Below are positions 1 through 8,240 of a DNA stretch of 28,035 bases, in pieces; within the stretch, counting starts at the first letter, position 1, and each line of letters starts with the position of its first letter. The notes below the pieces were generated by a model. That model had not been told where the DNA came from and made no database searches. It saw nothing but the letters and a program-made list of their open reading frames with translations. This DNA is from a virus (Duplodnaviria > Heunggongvirae > Uroviricota > Caudoviricetes), in IMG/VR virus record IMGVR_UViG_3300014963_000512. One strand, given 5' to 3'. A program made the translations under genes and the position numbers.

Positions 1-1
1 C

Positions 2-169
2 GCTCAAATGTCAGCCGAAATGTATGACAGACAAAACATCGGCGTCATCAGCGATTACATGAGCAAATGGAACGATATATCTATCGACGATAAATTAACC
101 GTGGTCGATACCCTGATTGAATCTATTCATGTTGGACACGGCAAAGTTAAAATTGCATGGAAAATTTGA
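2..169 (+). CDS. C-terminal end of a probable large serine recombinase (gene begins upstream of the window)
   Basis: Not in the ORF track. Frame 2 reads AQMSAEMYDRQNIGVISDYMSKWNDISIDDKLTVVDTLIESIHVGHGKVKIAWKI* (TGA 167-169). This resembles the typical LSR tail (W..ls.d.K..v..LI..I.V....v.I.Wk). Confidence 0.65.
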   Translation, partial: AQMSAEMYDRQNIGVISDYMSKWNDISIDDKLTVVDTLIESIHVGHGKVKIAWKI

Positions 170-905
170 TGTGGTAGTCTGATTGTTTTGCTTTTTTGGA
201 TCCGTCAATGCGAATGATAGATTTGGATTTTGTATCAACAAGCGCTTTAAATGGGCCCGGGTCTTTGCCAAACATACTGTCTATATTTTTTTCGTTCACA
301 TAGCAGCACAAAGACGAGCCATTATCGTAAAGAGGGCACCATTTTGAACGAAAATTAAGGCAAATATGATTATCTTCGATTTCCTGAGTTCCTAAATATT
401 CAATCAAAATTGCCCAATTGCTTTGATGTCTATCAGCATTTCCTATCAAAGCATCAAATATGAGCATTTCGATCCATTCATTCTCAACGGACCACTTTCC
501 TGTTTCTTCAAGCATTTCTAAAGAGTAGTAACTCCCGCTGGTTTCATCAATCATAGTAGTTGCGTTGTAATTCGGATAACGACCGACTATAAAATTAATC
601 CCCTCTATCAAATTCTCAGTCTCGGCCTTTACGAGGTAACTCATGCTGCCAATTCTTCCATTTCTCCTGCCTAAATCCACTTGTGCCGTTTTTACGCCGA
701 CAAGTTTGCCAATTTGAGCAGCCATGTGTTCTGAAATATGTTCGGTTGTCACGGAGTTGGTTGCGGGGTCGATTTTTGGATACTTGAATAAGCCTATCCT
801 CCCATCGTCTGAAATCAGCCATTCTTTCTCGCTTCGGCCACTTCCTGCGGCTAATCCTTCGTATGGTTGCCAACCAGTATAATCAATTATCGTAAAGTGT
901 GTCAC
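147..905 (-). CDS. HipA-like (HipA_C/CtkA-type) Ser/Thr kinase, probably C-terminally truncated
   Basis: Motifs: GSGRSEK Gly-rich loop, LFKYPK, EHISEHMA, FDALIGNADRHQSNW catalytic loop and PLYDNGSSL. GTG start with AAAGGAG upstream. The last residues overlap the convergent recombinase tail. Confidence 0.8.
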   Translation of the reverse strand: MTHFTIIDYTGWQPYEGLAAGSGRSEKEWLISDDGRIGLFKYPKIDPATNSVTTEHISEHMAAQIGKLVGVKTAQVDLGRRNGRIGSMSYLVKAETENLIEGINFIVGRYPNYNATTMIDETSGSYYSLEMLEETGKWSVENEWIEMLIFDALIGNADRHQSNWAILIEYLGTQEIEDNHICLNFRSKWCPLYDNGSSLCCYVNEKNIDSMFGKDPGPFKALVDTKSKSIIRIDGSKKAKQSDYHIKFSMQF

Positions 906-906
906 T

Positions 907-1191
907 TCATTCTCCTTTACCCACTATTTTAAGTTCTGAAAGGATTTTTCCAATAATTTGGCGCTCCGGCTCCGGTATGTTCTCTATGGATTGCTCACAG
1001 ACGTGTGCTAATTGGTATAGACGACAATACTCATCCTTCGAGAGGATTACAGCAACAGGTGCATTGTTTTTGACTACCAGTAGAGGCTTTCCGTTTATCG
1101 CCTTTGCAAATAGTTGGGACGCTTTCCCTTTGTTAAAAAGTGTTATCGGGGTAATCGTTTCAATCATATGCGATATATCCAAAACACACAC
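907..1191 (-). CDS. Phd/YefM-family antitoxin
   Basis: ITPITLFNKGKASQLF...KPLLVVKNNAPVAVILSKDEY matches the Phd/YefM N-terminal pattern. It stops 1 nt before the kinase start. Confidence 0.8.
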   Translation of the reverse strand: MCVLDISHMIETITPITLFNKGKASQLFAKAINGKPLLVVKNNAPVAVILSKDEYCRLYQLAHVCEQSIENIPEPERQIIGKILSELKIVGKGE

Positions 1192-1362
1192 CTGCCTTCT
1201 TTATAATCATATCATAGTAATGATAATTTATCAATATAAAAATCATATAATTATAATGTTAATTAGCATTATAATTGCAAATGATGTTTTGCCACTTATG
1301 GTGCGTATCTCACGCGGTATGCACCCGTGCTACGCCACAGGATTTTTTATATCGCCGCATAA

Positions 1363-1406
1363 AGAAAGCACTTCCGATCTGCGTTTGCAGAAGGGAAGTG
1401 CTTTCT
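1363..1406. repeat. 13-bp perfect inverted repeat with inner stem (terminator or operator-like)
   Basis: AGAAAGCACTTCC (1363-1375) / GGAAGTGCTTTCT (1394-1406), enclosing CTGC-GTTT-GCAG. Confidence 0.6.
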
Positions 1407-1505
1407 CAGTCCAAGAATACACGTCATTTTTCGTGGCAGTCATATTTTTATATTTCTTTTTCGATTTTATTCTGCTACAATTTCGGTGGCGAAAAATGTG
1501 CTATG

Positions 1506-1551
1506 CGGTAGAGCGTTCGGTTTGTATCCGAGGGCTCGAGGGTTCGCATCT
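1506..1551 (+). pseudogene. Degenerate tRNA fragment (3' D-arm, anticodon arm, T-arm); possible att-site relic
   Basis: GGTAGAGCG-TTCGG-TTTGTAT-CCGAG-GGCTC-GAGGGTTCGCATC has tRNA arm spacing with a 7-nt anticodon loop and a GGTTCG T-loop, but no acceptor stem. Confidence 0.55.
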
Positions 1552-1752
1552 GAAAAACAACATATAGGAAACGAGAGCGTCGGTTTGTTGGTTTCGTAAG
1601 GCCATCGAACCGGCGCTCCTTTGCGTTTTCTGGACAAAACATAGGGCGTTGCCCTGGAGAGGAGAAAACAAATGGAAGGAAGAACAAATAAAAGTCCCGC
1701 CCGTGACGAGATGCTGCGCCTGACGCTTCAGGCTGAACGGTCAACGCCGTGT

Positions 1753-1908
1753 AATGACCTAATGTGGAGCTCTACCGGCCTTGGTACACTGGGGCGAATG
1801 GCTATTTACAAAACAGCGGCTAATCCGTATGAGCTGGCTGTTGCAGACAGCCATGTTACCGTTATACGCCCTCTGAAACAGTTTGTCCTGCCGGAATACT
1901 TGTACTAA
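1753..1908 (+). pseudogene. hsdS: Fragment of a type I restriction-modification specificity subunit (TRD)
   Basis: [19 protein letters not shown]...[12 protein letters not shown]...VLPEYLY resembles HsdS TRD sequence. It has no proper N- or C-terminus. Confidence 0.7.
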
Positions 1909-1959
1909 GGTTGGTTTTGATAATGCTTTTCAATGACCATGTCAGGTCAATAGTGGATT

Positions 1960-2187
1960 ATGAGGTCGACAATACAAGCTCCTCTGTTGCCGGAGCAGCT
2001 TTTCAGCCCGGAGCAGATGACAGAGGTCTACCGACGCTGTGCCGACTCTGTAGACGGCGACTTTTTCGGCCTCACAGCTGAACAGGAAAGGAATATCCGG
2101 AGCGTCCAGCAGCAGATCAAGGATTGTGTGCCGGATTTAGGCGAACGTATCCGACAGCAGGAAGACGCGATGGAGCAGACAATGTAA
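1960..2187 (+). pseudogene. C-terminal remnant of an ICE hypothetical protein
   Basis: GC-rich coding-like 3' part ending in MEQTM, with no convincing RBS/start. Followed by a hairpin. Confidence 0.45.
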
Positions 2188-2198
2188 TATCGACTGAC

Positions 2199-2237
2199 AA
2201 GGGACGGAGTTTGAAAGATCAAACTTCGCCCCTTTTT
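2199..2237 (+). terminator. Intrinsic terminator-like hairpin
   Basis: AAGGGACGGAGTTTGA-AAGA-TCAAACTTCGCCCCTT followed by TTT. Confidence 0.6.
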
Positions 2238-2262
2238 GCACTTTATGGACAAGGAGGAAAAC

Positions 2263-2640
2263 ATGAGCGATGGGATCAGACAAAGCGTAGCCAAACGCAC
2301 CTGCACGGCATTTGTGCCGATGCCGCCGGAGCCGGTGCTTTGCACCGAAAGCGAAAGATGCCGTGGATGTCCCTACCCCGCCCACGGCGTCATTTGCTGG
2401 CACCGGGATGGAGGCTGTCTGCGCACAGAGATGTACTACAACGCCACGCGCAAAGGCACCATCGATACCATCCCGGAGGTGCCGGGACTGGCGGTCTGGA
2501 AGTCAGGCCACATTGGCGTATACATCGGCGGCGGTCAGGTCATCGAGGCCATGGGTACCAAGTACGGCGTAGTCAAGACGCAGCTCCAAGGCCGCGGCTG
2601 GACACACTGGCTGGAGATCCCGTATATCAACTACGATTAA
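2263..2640 (+). pseudogene. Chimeric ORF: Cys-rich small ICE protein fused in frame to the C-terminal part of an NlpC/P60 cell-wall hydrolase
   Basis: RBS AAGGAGG precedes ATG 2263. The N-terminal part is CRGCPYPAHGVIC..GGCLRTEM. The C-terminal part is PGLAVWKSGHIGVYIGGGQVIEAMGTKYGVV..WTHW, which has the NlpC/P60 His motif but lacks the catalytic DCSG. Confidence 0.65.
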
Positions 2641-2651
2641 GGAGGTCACAA

Positions 2652-2975
2652 ATGAACGAGAACACTTGCACATTAGAGAAAGAGATGCGGCGGGCCTTGC
2701 TGGAAAAGCTGGAACAGAACTATCTGGATTACACTGCCACGCTGCAAACTTTGACGTCGGAACAACTGCTGGGCAGGACGAAAGAACTCTACGCGGCGCA
2801 GGTCTGCTGCCGGTTGGTGCAGCGCAGGGATGATATTTCCCTCCCGCAGATGCGGTATTTGCTGTCGCTGGATGATCCGCTGGTGGCGCTGCGGGATACA
2901 TGGCTGGAGCTGCACAGCGGCGACAACGAGCCGGTGCTGAAGGTGATCCTGTACAAGCTCTGCGGTGAAATGTGA
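2652..2975 (+). CDS. Hypothetical ICE protein (107 aa)
   Basis: AAGGAGG RBS just upstream of ATG 2652 and a helical protein-like sequence. The upstream part of the 2124 ORF is spurious. Confidence 0.75.
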   Translation: MNENTCTLEKEMRRALLEKLEQNYLDYTATLQTLTSEQLLGRTKELYAAQVCCRLVQRRDDISLPQMRYLLSLDDPLVALRDTWLELHSGDNEPVLKVILYKLCGEM

Positions 2976-2983
2976 GGTGCGGC

Positions 2984-3238
2984 ATGGAGAAGATCTGCGT
3001 CACCGTCAGCATGGAGGAGGAACGTCTCAAGGCGTTGGAGTTTGTCCTCAAGAAGAAAAACAGTTCCGTCCAGCGCCGCATGGACGATGCTCTGCGGCTG
3101 CTCTATGAAAAGGAAGTGCCGGAACCCATCCGGGAATATGTGGACAGCCTGCTGGCGCCGCCGCCCCGTCCCCGCCGACCGGTGAGGGCAGCGAAGGCGG
3201 CAAATGAGCAGGCAGCGGCTATGCAGCAGGAGGAATAA
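2984..3238 (+). CDS. Small ICE protein (DUF6103-like, possible ribbon-helix-helix)
   Basis: GAGGTG RBS. The sequence ICVTVSMEEERLKALE...LYEKEVPEPIREYVD recalls DUF6103 proteins of Clostridial conjugative elements. Confidence 0.65.
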   Translation: MEKICVTVSMEEERLKALEFVLKKKNSSVQRRMDDALRLLYEKEVPEPIREYVDSLLAPPPRPRRPVRAAKAANEQAAAMQQEE

Positions 3239-3240
3239 CC

Positions 3241-4245
3241 ATGGCACAGCACGAAGAAATCATCGTATGGCTTGACCGCAGGTGGAAGGAAGCCATTGAG
3301 CATCATCTGAAGGATGAGACCTTACAGGAGCATCTGGAGAATGTGCTGGATGAACTGTGCAACCAACTTCCGGAGCGTGAATATAAACGTATCAGCCGAG
3401 AGATCTGGGAGGAAGATCGTATGGCACGGGAGGAAGCGGAGGCGGCGCGTACCTATTCCGCATACCACGTTGTGGAGGGTGGCGAGGAACATTACTTCCG
3501 CATGACGCCCGGTGAAGAACTGCTGGATGCCGCAAGGACGCTCCGCAGGTACTGCACGAGTACAGAACACAGCACCGGCAAATTTATCTCTCTGTATTTG
3601 CAGGCGCAGCCTATCACACCGGAGGAGTATCAGCGCATGATACACCTTCGCATGGAGAACACCGGAAAAGTCACCGGCGTGTTTGATTTAGATTTTGACA
3701 AGCGGGAGTTTTCGGCTGTTCACATTATGAACGGTTGGAGAACGTGGGCGATGCGGGATGTGATCCCGTCGATCTATCAGACCACAAGTCCGTGCTTCAC
3801 AACGACGGAGGAGCAACTCCGCAAACTGCTGGAACTGCTGGATGGCATGGAGCTCACATCACCGGGGCATCTCACCGCGCAGAATTTTTCGTTCAGCGAT
3901 GAGATCACGATGGAGGATGGCAAGCTCAACTTCTATGTCCAAGCGGACTTTGACGTGGACGCTGTCTTCGGTACATTCGTGTGTACGGATGAGAGTGATG
4001 ACTGGCTGAATATCTACGCCAACTATGACATCGCGCAGGACAAGCCTTGCGATACGCTGGAACTGGATCTCTGCAAGGGAGATGGCACAGAGGAGAACTG
4101 GAGCTACCACCTGAACGCTGCCGAGCAGGAGGTGCTGGCTCGGAAAATGGAGGAGTTCTGCCAGCAGCAAAACGGCATGAGCCTGCACGATTTCGCCCGG
4201 CAGCTTCAAGAGGAGCCGGGGCCGTCTCCGCAGATACAGATGTAG
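3241..4245 (+). CDS. Hypothetical acidic ICE protein (334 aa)
   Basis: Long ORF with AGGAGG RBS, operonic with the upstream genes. Ends PSPQIQM. Confidence 0.85.
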   Translation: MAQHEEIIVWLDRRWKEAIEHHLKDETLQEHLENVLDELCNQLPEREYKRISREIWEEDRMAREEAEAARTYSAYHVVEGGEEHYFRMTPGEELLDAARTLRRYCTSTEHSTGKFISLYLQAQPITPEEYQRMIHLRMENTGKVTGVFDLDFDKREFSAVHIMNGWRTWAMRDVIPSIYQTTSPCFTTTEEQLRKLLELLDGMELTSPGHLTAQNFSFSDEITMEDGKLNFYVQADFDVDAVFGTFVCTDESDDWLNIYANYDIAQDKPCDTLELDLCKGDGTEENWSYHLNAAEQEVLARKMEEFCQQQNGMSLHDFARQLQEEPGPSPQIQM

Positions 4246-4550
4246 CCCCGTGTTTGCCCTTGTGGGCCGGTTTGTGGCCTCGCAGGAACGCGGGAGGGTA
4301 AGGATAGCGGCCCCGGAGATTTGAAGGCCTTTCGGCCCGCTTTTCGGTGCGCCGAAAGCGGAGCAGGTGAAAGGGACGACGCTTTGCTGCGTCTGTCCCG
4401 TTCACAACTGCCCGCAGTGCGGGCAGTTCCGCCGTTTTCAGCACGGCGCTATTGAACAGGATTTTGGAGAAACGCGACGCTTTCGGATGACGAGACTGCC
4501 CATAAAGCCCGTGTTTTCAAAAGGTTGGCACAACGCTATGACAAAAACAG
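4246..4550. other. Hairpin-dense intergenic region upstream of the mob genes; candidate oriT / single-strand origin
   Basis: Adjacent stems at 4326-4337, 4337-4361, 4367-4405 and 4406-4428. The position directly upstream of the accessory and relaxase genes is typical of oriT. Confidence 0.5.
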
Positions 4551-4563
4551 GAGAGTAAAAAAG

Positions 4564-4970
4564 ATGGAAGAACAAGAAAAGGAGAGACACACGATATGGC
4601 TCTCGGAGGAAGCGTGGCAGCGGGTAAAGCAGATGTACAAAGAGGACGATTGTCTTACCCATAGCGAGTTCGTTGAGAAGGCTATCTGGTTCTATGCTGG
4701 CTATCTCCACACGGATCGGGCCAGCGCCTTTCTGCCTCGTGTACTGCTGGATACGCTGGAGGGCTCGTTGGGTGTGTTCGGCAACCGCATCAATAAGCTG
4801 CTGTTCAACCTGGCTGTGGAACACAGCATCACTAACCACCTGCTGGCGGAGGACGCTGATATGGACGCGAGATGTACCGCAAGTATCGCGGCTACAGTGT
4901 CCGTGAGGTGACAGATACGCAGGGGGCTTTCTCCTTCAAAGATGCCCTGCGCCTGCACCGGAGGTGGTGA
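4564..4970 (+). pseudogene. Relaxosome accessory (RHH-like) protein with a single-base frameshift near 4868
   Basis: HTIWLSEEAW...SEFVEKAIWFY is RHH-like. After ...DADMD the -1 frame reads EMYRKYRGYSVREVTDTQGAFSFKDALRLHRRW*, ending 3 nt before the relaxase ATG. Confidence 0.7.
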
Positions 4971-4973
4971 TCC

Positions 4974-6395
4974 ATGGCGCGGCTAATCCAGAAAAGCGGC
5001 TACTTCAAAGGCGGCAGCGGCGTGGGATATATGAGATACGTCGCCCAGCGTGAGGGCGTGGAGATCACCAGCAACACCGGGCCTGTGACACAAAAGCAGC
5101 AGAAGCTCATCACAAAAATACAAAAGGACTTCCCTGATACGAAGGATTCCTTCGAGTACGAGGACTATCTCACCACACCGAATCGTGCCACCGCGTCAGC
5201 ATATATTACCGCCGCACTGGATAGTCACCTGCACGAGATGGAGCCGGAGAGCGGCTATATGAAATATATTGCCCAACGGCCACGGGCTGAAAAGCACGGT
5301 GGGCACGGCCTGTTCAGCGCCGCGCCGGTCACAGATCTGAACAAAGCCGTGGCAGAATTGGATGCCCACACAGGACGCGTATGGACGTTCATTTTTTCTC
5401 TGCGGCGGGAGGATGCCGTGCAGACCGGCTACAACAACGCGGAGGCTTGGCGCACCCTGCTGCTCCAACAGAGCAATCTGGTGGCACAGGCACTGCGTAT
5501 TCCACTGGACAAGTTGCGGTGGTATGCGGCCTTTCACGACGAGGGGCATCACCCCCACGTCCATATGATGGTATGGTCGGCTGATCCGAAGGTGGGCTTT
5601 CTCACGAAGAAAGGAATACTCGTTATGCGCTCCAAACTTACCGGAACCATCTTTCAGGAGGAACTGAAAGACGTCTATATCCGTAAAGAAGCAGTCTATA
5701 AGCGCAGCATACAGATGGCGCAGGACAAGCTGCTGGAGCTGACCGACCAGATGGAACAGCAGGCTTGCCCGGACGTGGAGATCGAACGCTGGATGCGGGA
5801 GCTATCCCGGCAACTGTCGGAAACACCGGGTAAGCACGTCTATGGCTATCTGCCCAAGCCCACTAAGGAATTGGTGGAGCAGATCGTTGACCGGCTGGCG
5901 CAGCTCCCAGAGGTGGCGGCCTGCTACGAACAATGGAACATGGTGAAGGATGAGTTGGTACGATTCCACAACCAGAATCCGCGCCAGCGCTTGCCGCTAT
6001 CACAGCAAAAGGAGTTCCGTGTGCTGCTCAACGCGGTCATCCGTGAAGCGGAGAGTATGTCGACACGATCCTCAGTCGTGTTATATGAAGAACCTCCGGA
6101 TTCGGAAGAAACGGACATGCCAGAGCCTCACGCCCCGTCTCCGTCGCAGGAGAACACACAGACACCGCAGCAGGCAGAGGACTTACTACAGCAGACCGGC
6201 ACACTTTCTGCCACCATTCATCTGCTGCATCACATGAGCCGCATTTTCCGTCACGACGCATTGATCTCGCCCGCCACGCTGCGTATCGACTCCAAGCGCC
6301 GCAGACGATTACAGGAGAAGCGTATGGCCATGGGCCACAAGCGGGGCGACCACGAGGAGCAGGAGCGCCTACGGAATGAGCAAATGATACCATAA
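4974..6395 (+). CDS. Relaxase, MobP3/MOBL-like family
   Basis: N-terminal YMRYVAQREGV and a second YMKYIAQRPRA motif, WTFIFSLRREDA, HUH motif FHDEGHHPHVH, and YGYLPK. Confidence 0.9.
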   Translation: MARLIQKSGYFKGGSGVGYMRYVAQREGVEITSNTGPVTQKQQKLITKIQKDFPDTKDSFEYEDYLTTPNRATASAYITAALDSHLHEMEPESGYMKYIAQRPRAEKHGGHGLFSAAPVTDLNKAVAELDAHTGRVWTFIFSLRREDAVQTGYNNAEAWRTLLLQQSNLVAQALRIPLDKLRWYAAFHDEGHHPHVHMMVWSADPKVGFLTKKGILVMRSKLTGTIFQEELKDVYIRKEAVYKRSIQMAQDKLLELTDQMEQQACPDVEIERWMRELSRQLSETPGKHVYGYLPKPTKELVEQIVDRLAQLPEVAACYEQWNMVKDELVRFHNQNPRQRLPLSQQKEFRVLLNAVIREAESMSTRSSVVLYEEPPDSEETDMPEPHAPSPSQENTQTPQQAEDLLQQTGTLSATIHLLHHMSRIFRHDALISPATLRIDSKRRRRLQEKRMAMGHKRGDHEEQERLRNEQMIP

Positions 6396-6409
6396 CGAGG
6401 AGGACTACT

Positions 6410-7279
6410 ATGCCCTACATTCATTTTACCCAAGAACAAAAAGACCTGGCGGCGAGAACGGATCTGGAGGTGTTCCTGCGGAGCCGCGGAGAAAAGTTAC
6501 TGCCATCTGGACAGGACAAGCGTCTGGTCAGTGACCACAGCGTTACCATTCGCGGCAACCATTGGTTCGATCACGCCACGCATGAAGGCGGCAACGCCAT
6601 CAGCTTCGTGCAGCGCTTCTATCATCTGGGCTATGCCGATGCTGTGTCATTACTGCTGTGCAATGGGCAGGTCTATGAAAGGCCTATCTCATCGCCGCCG
6701 AAAAATTTCACCTTGCCGACCGCCAATGGAAATATGCGCCGTGTGTTTGCCTACCTGACACAGCACCGCCGCATCTACCGTGAGGTGGTCTCTTTTTTTG
6801 CCCACGCCCATCTGCTTTATGAGGATGCAGCCCATCACAACTGTGTATTCGTTGGCATGGACGAGGACGGCATAGCCAGACACGCACACCTGCGAAGCAC
6901 GGTCAGTCAGGGAAAATCCTTCCGCCAGACCGTAGAGGGCAGCGACGCACGGTACAGCTTTCATTTTGCGGGAGGCGGCAAAGCGCTCTATGTCTTCGAG
7001 TCGCCCATTGACTTACTGTCCTACATCACGCTGCATATGGATGACTGGCAGGCGCAGAACTATGTGGCCTGCTGCGGTACGGCTTTCGCTCCGGTGGAGC
7101 AGATGCTCCGCACCCACCCGCAGATCCGGCAGGTGTATCTCTGTCTCGATAATGACGAGGCCGGACACAGTGCCTCGCAGCGGATGGAAGGTTATCTCTG
7201 TTCGGAAGGCATTTCCGCTATGTGGCTGGTGCCGGTGCAAAAGGATTGGAACGAGGATCTGTGCGCGGAACAAACATAA
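6410..7279 (+). CDS. DUF3991 / TOPRIM-domain primase-like protein
   Basis: WFDH..EGGNAISFV, LYVFESPIDLLSY, YLCLDNDEAG and KDWNEDL are TOPRIM motifs. GGAGG RBS. Confidence 0.9.
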   Translation: MPYIHFTQEQKDLAARTDLEVFLRSRGEKLLPSGQDKRLVSDHSVTIRGNHWFDHATHEGGNAISFVQRFYHLGYADAVSLLLCNGQVYERPISSPPKNFTLPTANGNMRRVFAYLTQHRRIYREVVSFFAHAHLLYEDAAHHNCVFVGMDEDGIARHAHLRSTVSQGKSFRQTVEGSDARYSFHFAGGGKALYVFESPIDLLSYITLHMDDWQAQNYVACCGTAFAPVEQMLRTHPQIRQVYLCLDNDEAGHSASQRMEGYLCSEGISAMWLVPVQKDWNEDLCAEQT

Positions 7280-7309
7280 GGGCCGACAGAACTTGTCGGC
7301 CCTTATGTT
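7273..7309. terminator. Hairpin between convergent genes (bidirectional terminator candidate)
   Basis: Perfect 16-bp inverted repeat AACATAAGGGCCGACA-GAACT-TGTCGGCCCTTATGTT. Confidence 0.75.
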
Positions 7310-8169
7310 CATTCATCCAGCATTAATTGTCCATCCAGCGCTTGCTGTTTTAATCGCTGAAGCTGTTCTTTTTCCAGTTGTGCAATGCTCTTTTCCGGAG
7401 TGGGAAGGTCTTCCGGCATCGTGCCGCCGATTTTTTCAATGGCCTCGCGCACCTCGCTGCCAACTTTGTAATGCACGGCGGAGGCAGAGTCGGAGTTGCT
7501 GATACGGTCTTTCCGAAGCTTTTCCTCTGTTTGGGAAATGCGAAACAGGTTCGCAATCAGTTCTGTGCTGCCCATATAGTCGAGAATTTTCTGACCGACT
7601 TCCAAATTCTTCTTTCGATGAATGTCGTCCACGGTCATACCGCCATACAAACCCATATATCCGGCATTTTGAAATACAGCGAATTCCTCTGCCGTAATCA
7701 CACCGGCGTTCCGTGCGGCTTCGGCAAGCAGTTGATTCCACTGCTTGATATCGCCGCGAACGACCAGTCGGCGGCTGTCTTCGTCCAGTTGATTAAACCG
7801 GTCTGCCACTTCCTGACGGTAGGTTTGGATGGCAAAGTAAGTCTGTCCCAGTGCGATGACCTCTTTGCGTGGGTCGCCATTCTGCACAATCAGATAGCAG
7901 GCATAGCGGGACAGTTCATAGTCGACAATGCTTTTCGTTGCCGCACCGGCTTCAACGATTTTCCTGACCTCAGGAAAATCGGCAGAGGTATCATGCCCGC
8001 TGTTTTCGCAGGCGATCATTGCGCGCTTAATGACCTTGGCAAAATTCTCCCACTTTGCATAGTCCAGAACTGATGCCAATTCTCTGGCGTACCAATATTC
8101 AGAGCCGTCAGGACGGATCCGCCGTATATCTTCAAAACATTTATATTCAACTGCAACGAGATGACTCAT
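7309..8169 (-). CDS. dinD: DNA damage-inducible protein D (Bro-N-like N-terminus)
   Basis: EYWYARELA..LDY.KWENF, LSRYACYLIVQNGDPRKEVIALGQTYFAIQT, FQNAGYMGLYGG, ILDYMGSTEL.ANLFR and GGTMPEDLPTP. ATG 8169 follows GGAGGG. Confidence 0.9.
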   Translation of the reverse strand: MSHLVAVEYKCFEDIRRIRPDGSEYWYARELASVLDYAKWENFAKVIKRAMIACENSGHDTSADFPEVRKIVEAGAATKSIVDYELSRYACYLIVQNGDPRKEVIALGQTYFAIQTYRQEVADRFNQLDEDSRRLVVRGDIKQWNQLLAEAARNAGVITAEEFAVFQNAGYMGLYGGMTVDDIHRKKNLEVGQKILDYMGSTELIANLFRISQTEEKLRKDRISNSDSASAVHYKVGSEVREAIEKIGGTMPEDLPTPEKSIAQLEKEQLQRLKQQALDGQLMLDE

Positions 8170-8240
8170 GTGCGATCCCTCCCTCATGTTTTGCACAACC
8201 ATAGTACCACAAAGCGATCAAAAAAGAAAGGAAAGAATCT

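Noticed and set aside
899..1567. 222-aa + strand ORF
   Set aside because: Antisense to the Phd gene and runs through AT-rich promoter DNA. No RBS or recognisable motifs.
2124..2651. N-terminal extension of the 283-aa ORF
   Set aside because: Alternate-frame read of the NlpC/P60 chimera. A clear RBS supports a start at 2652.
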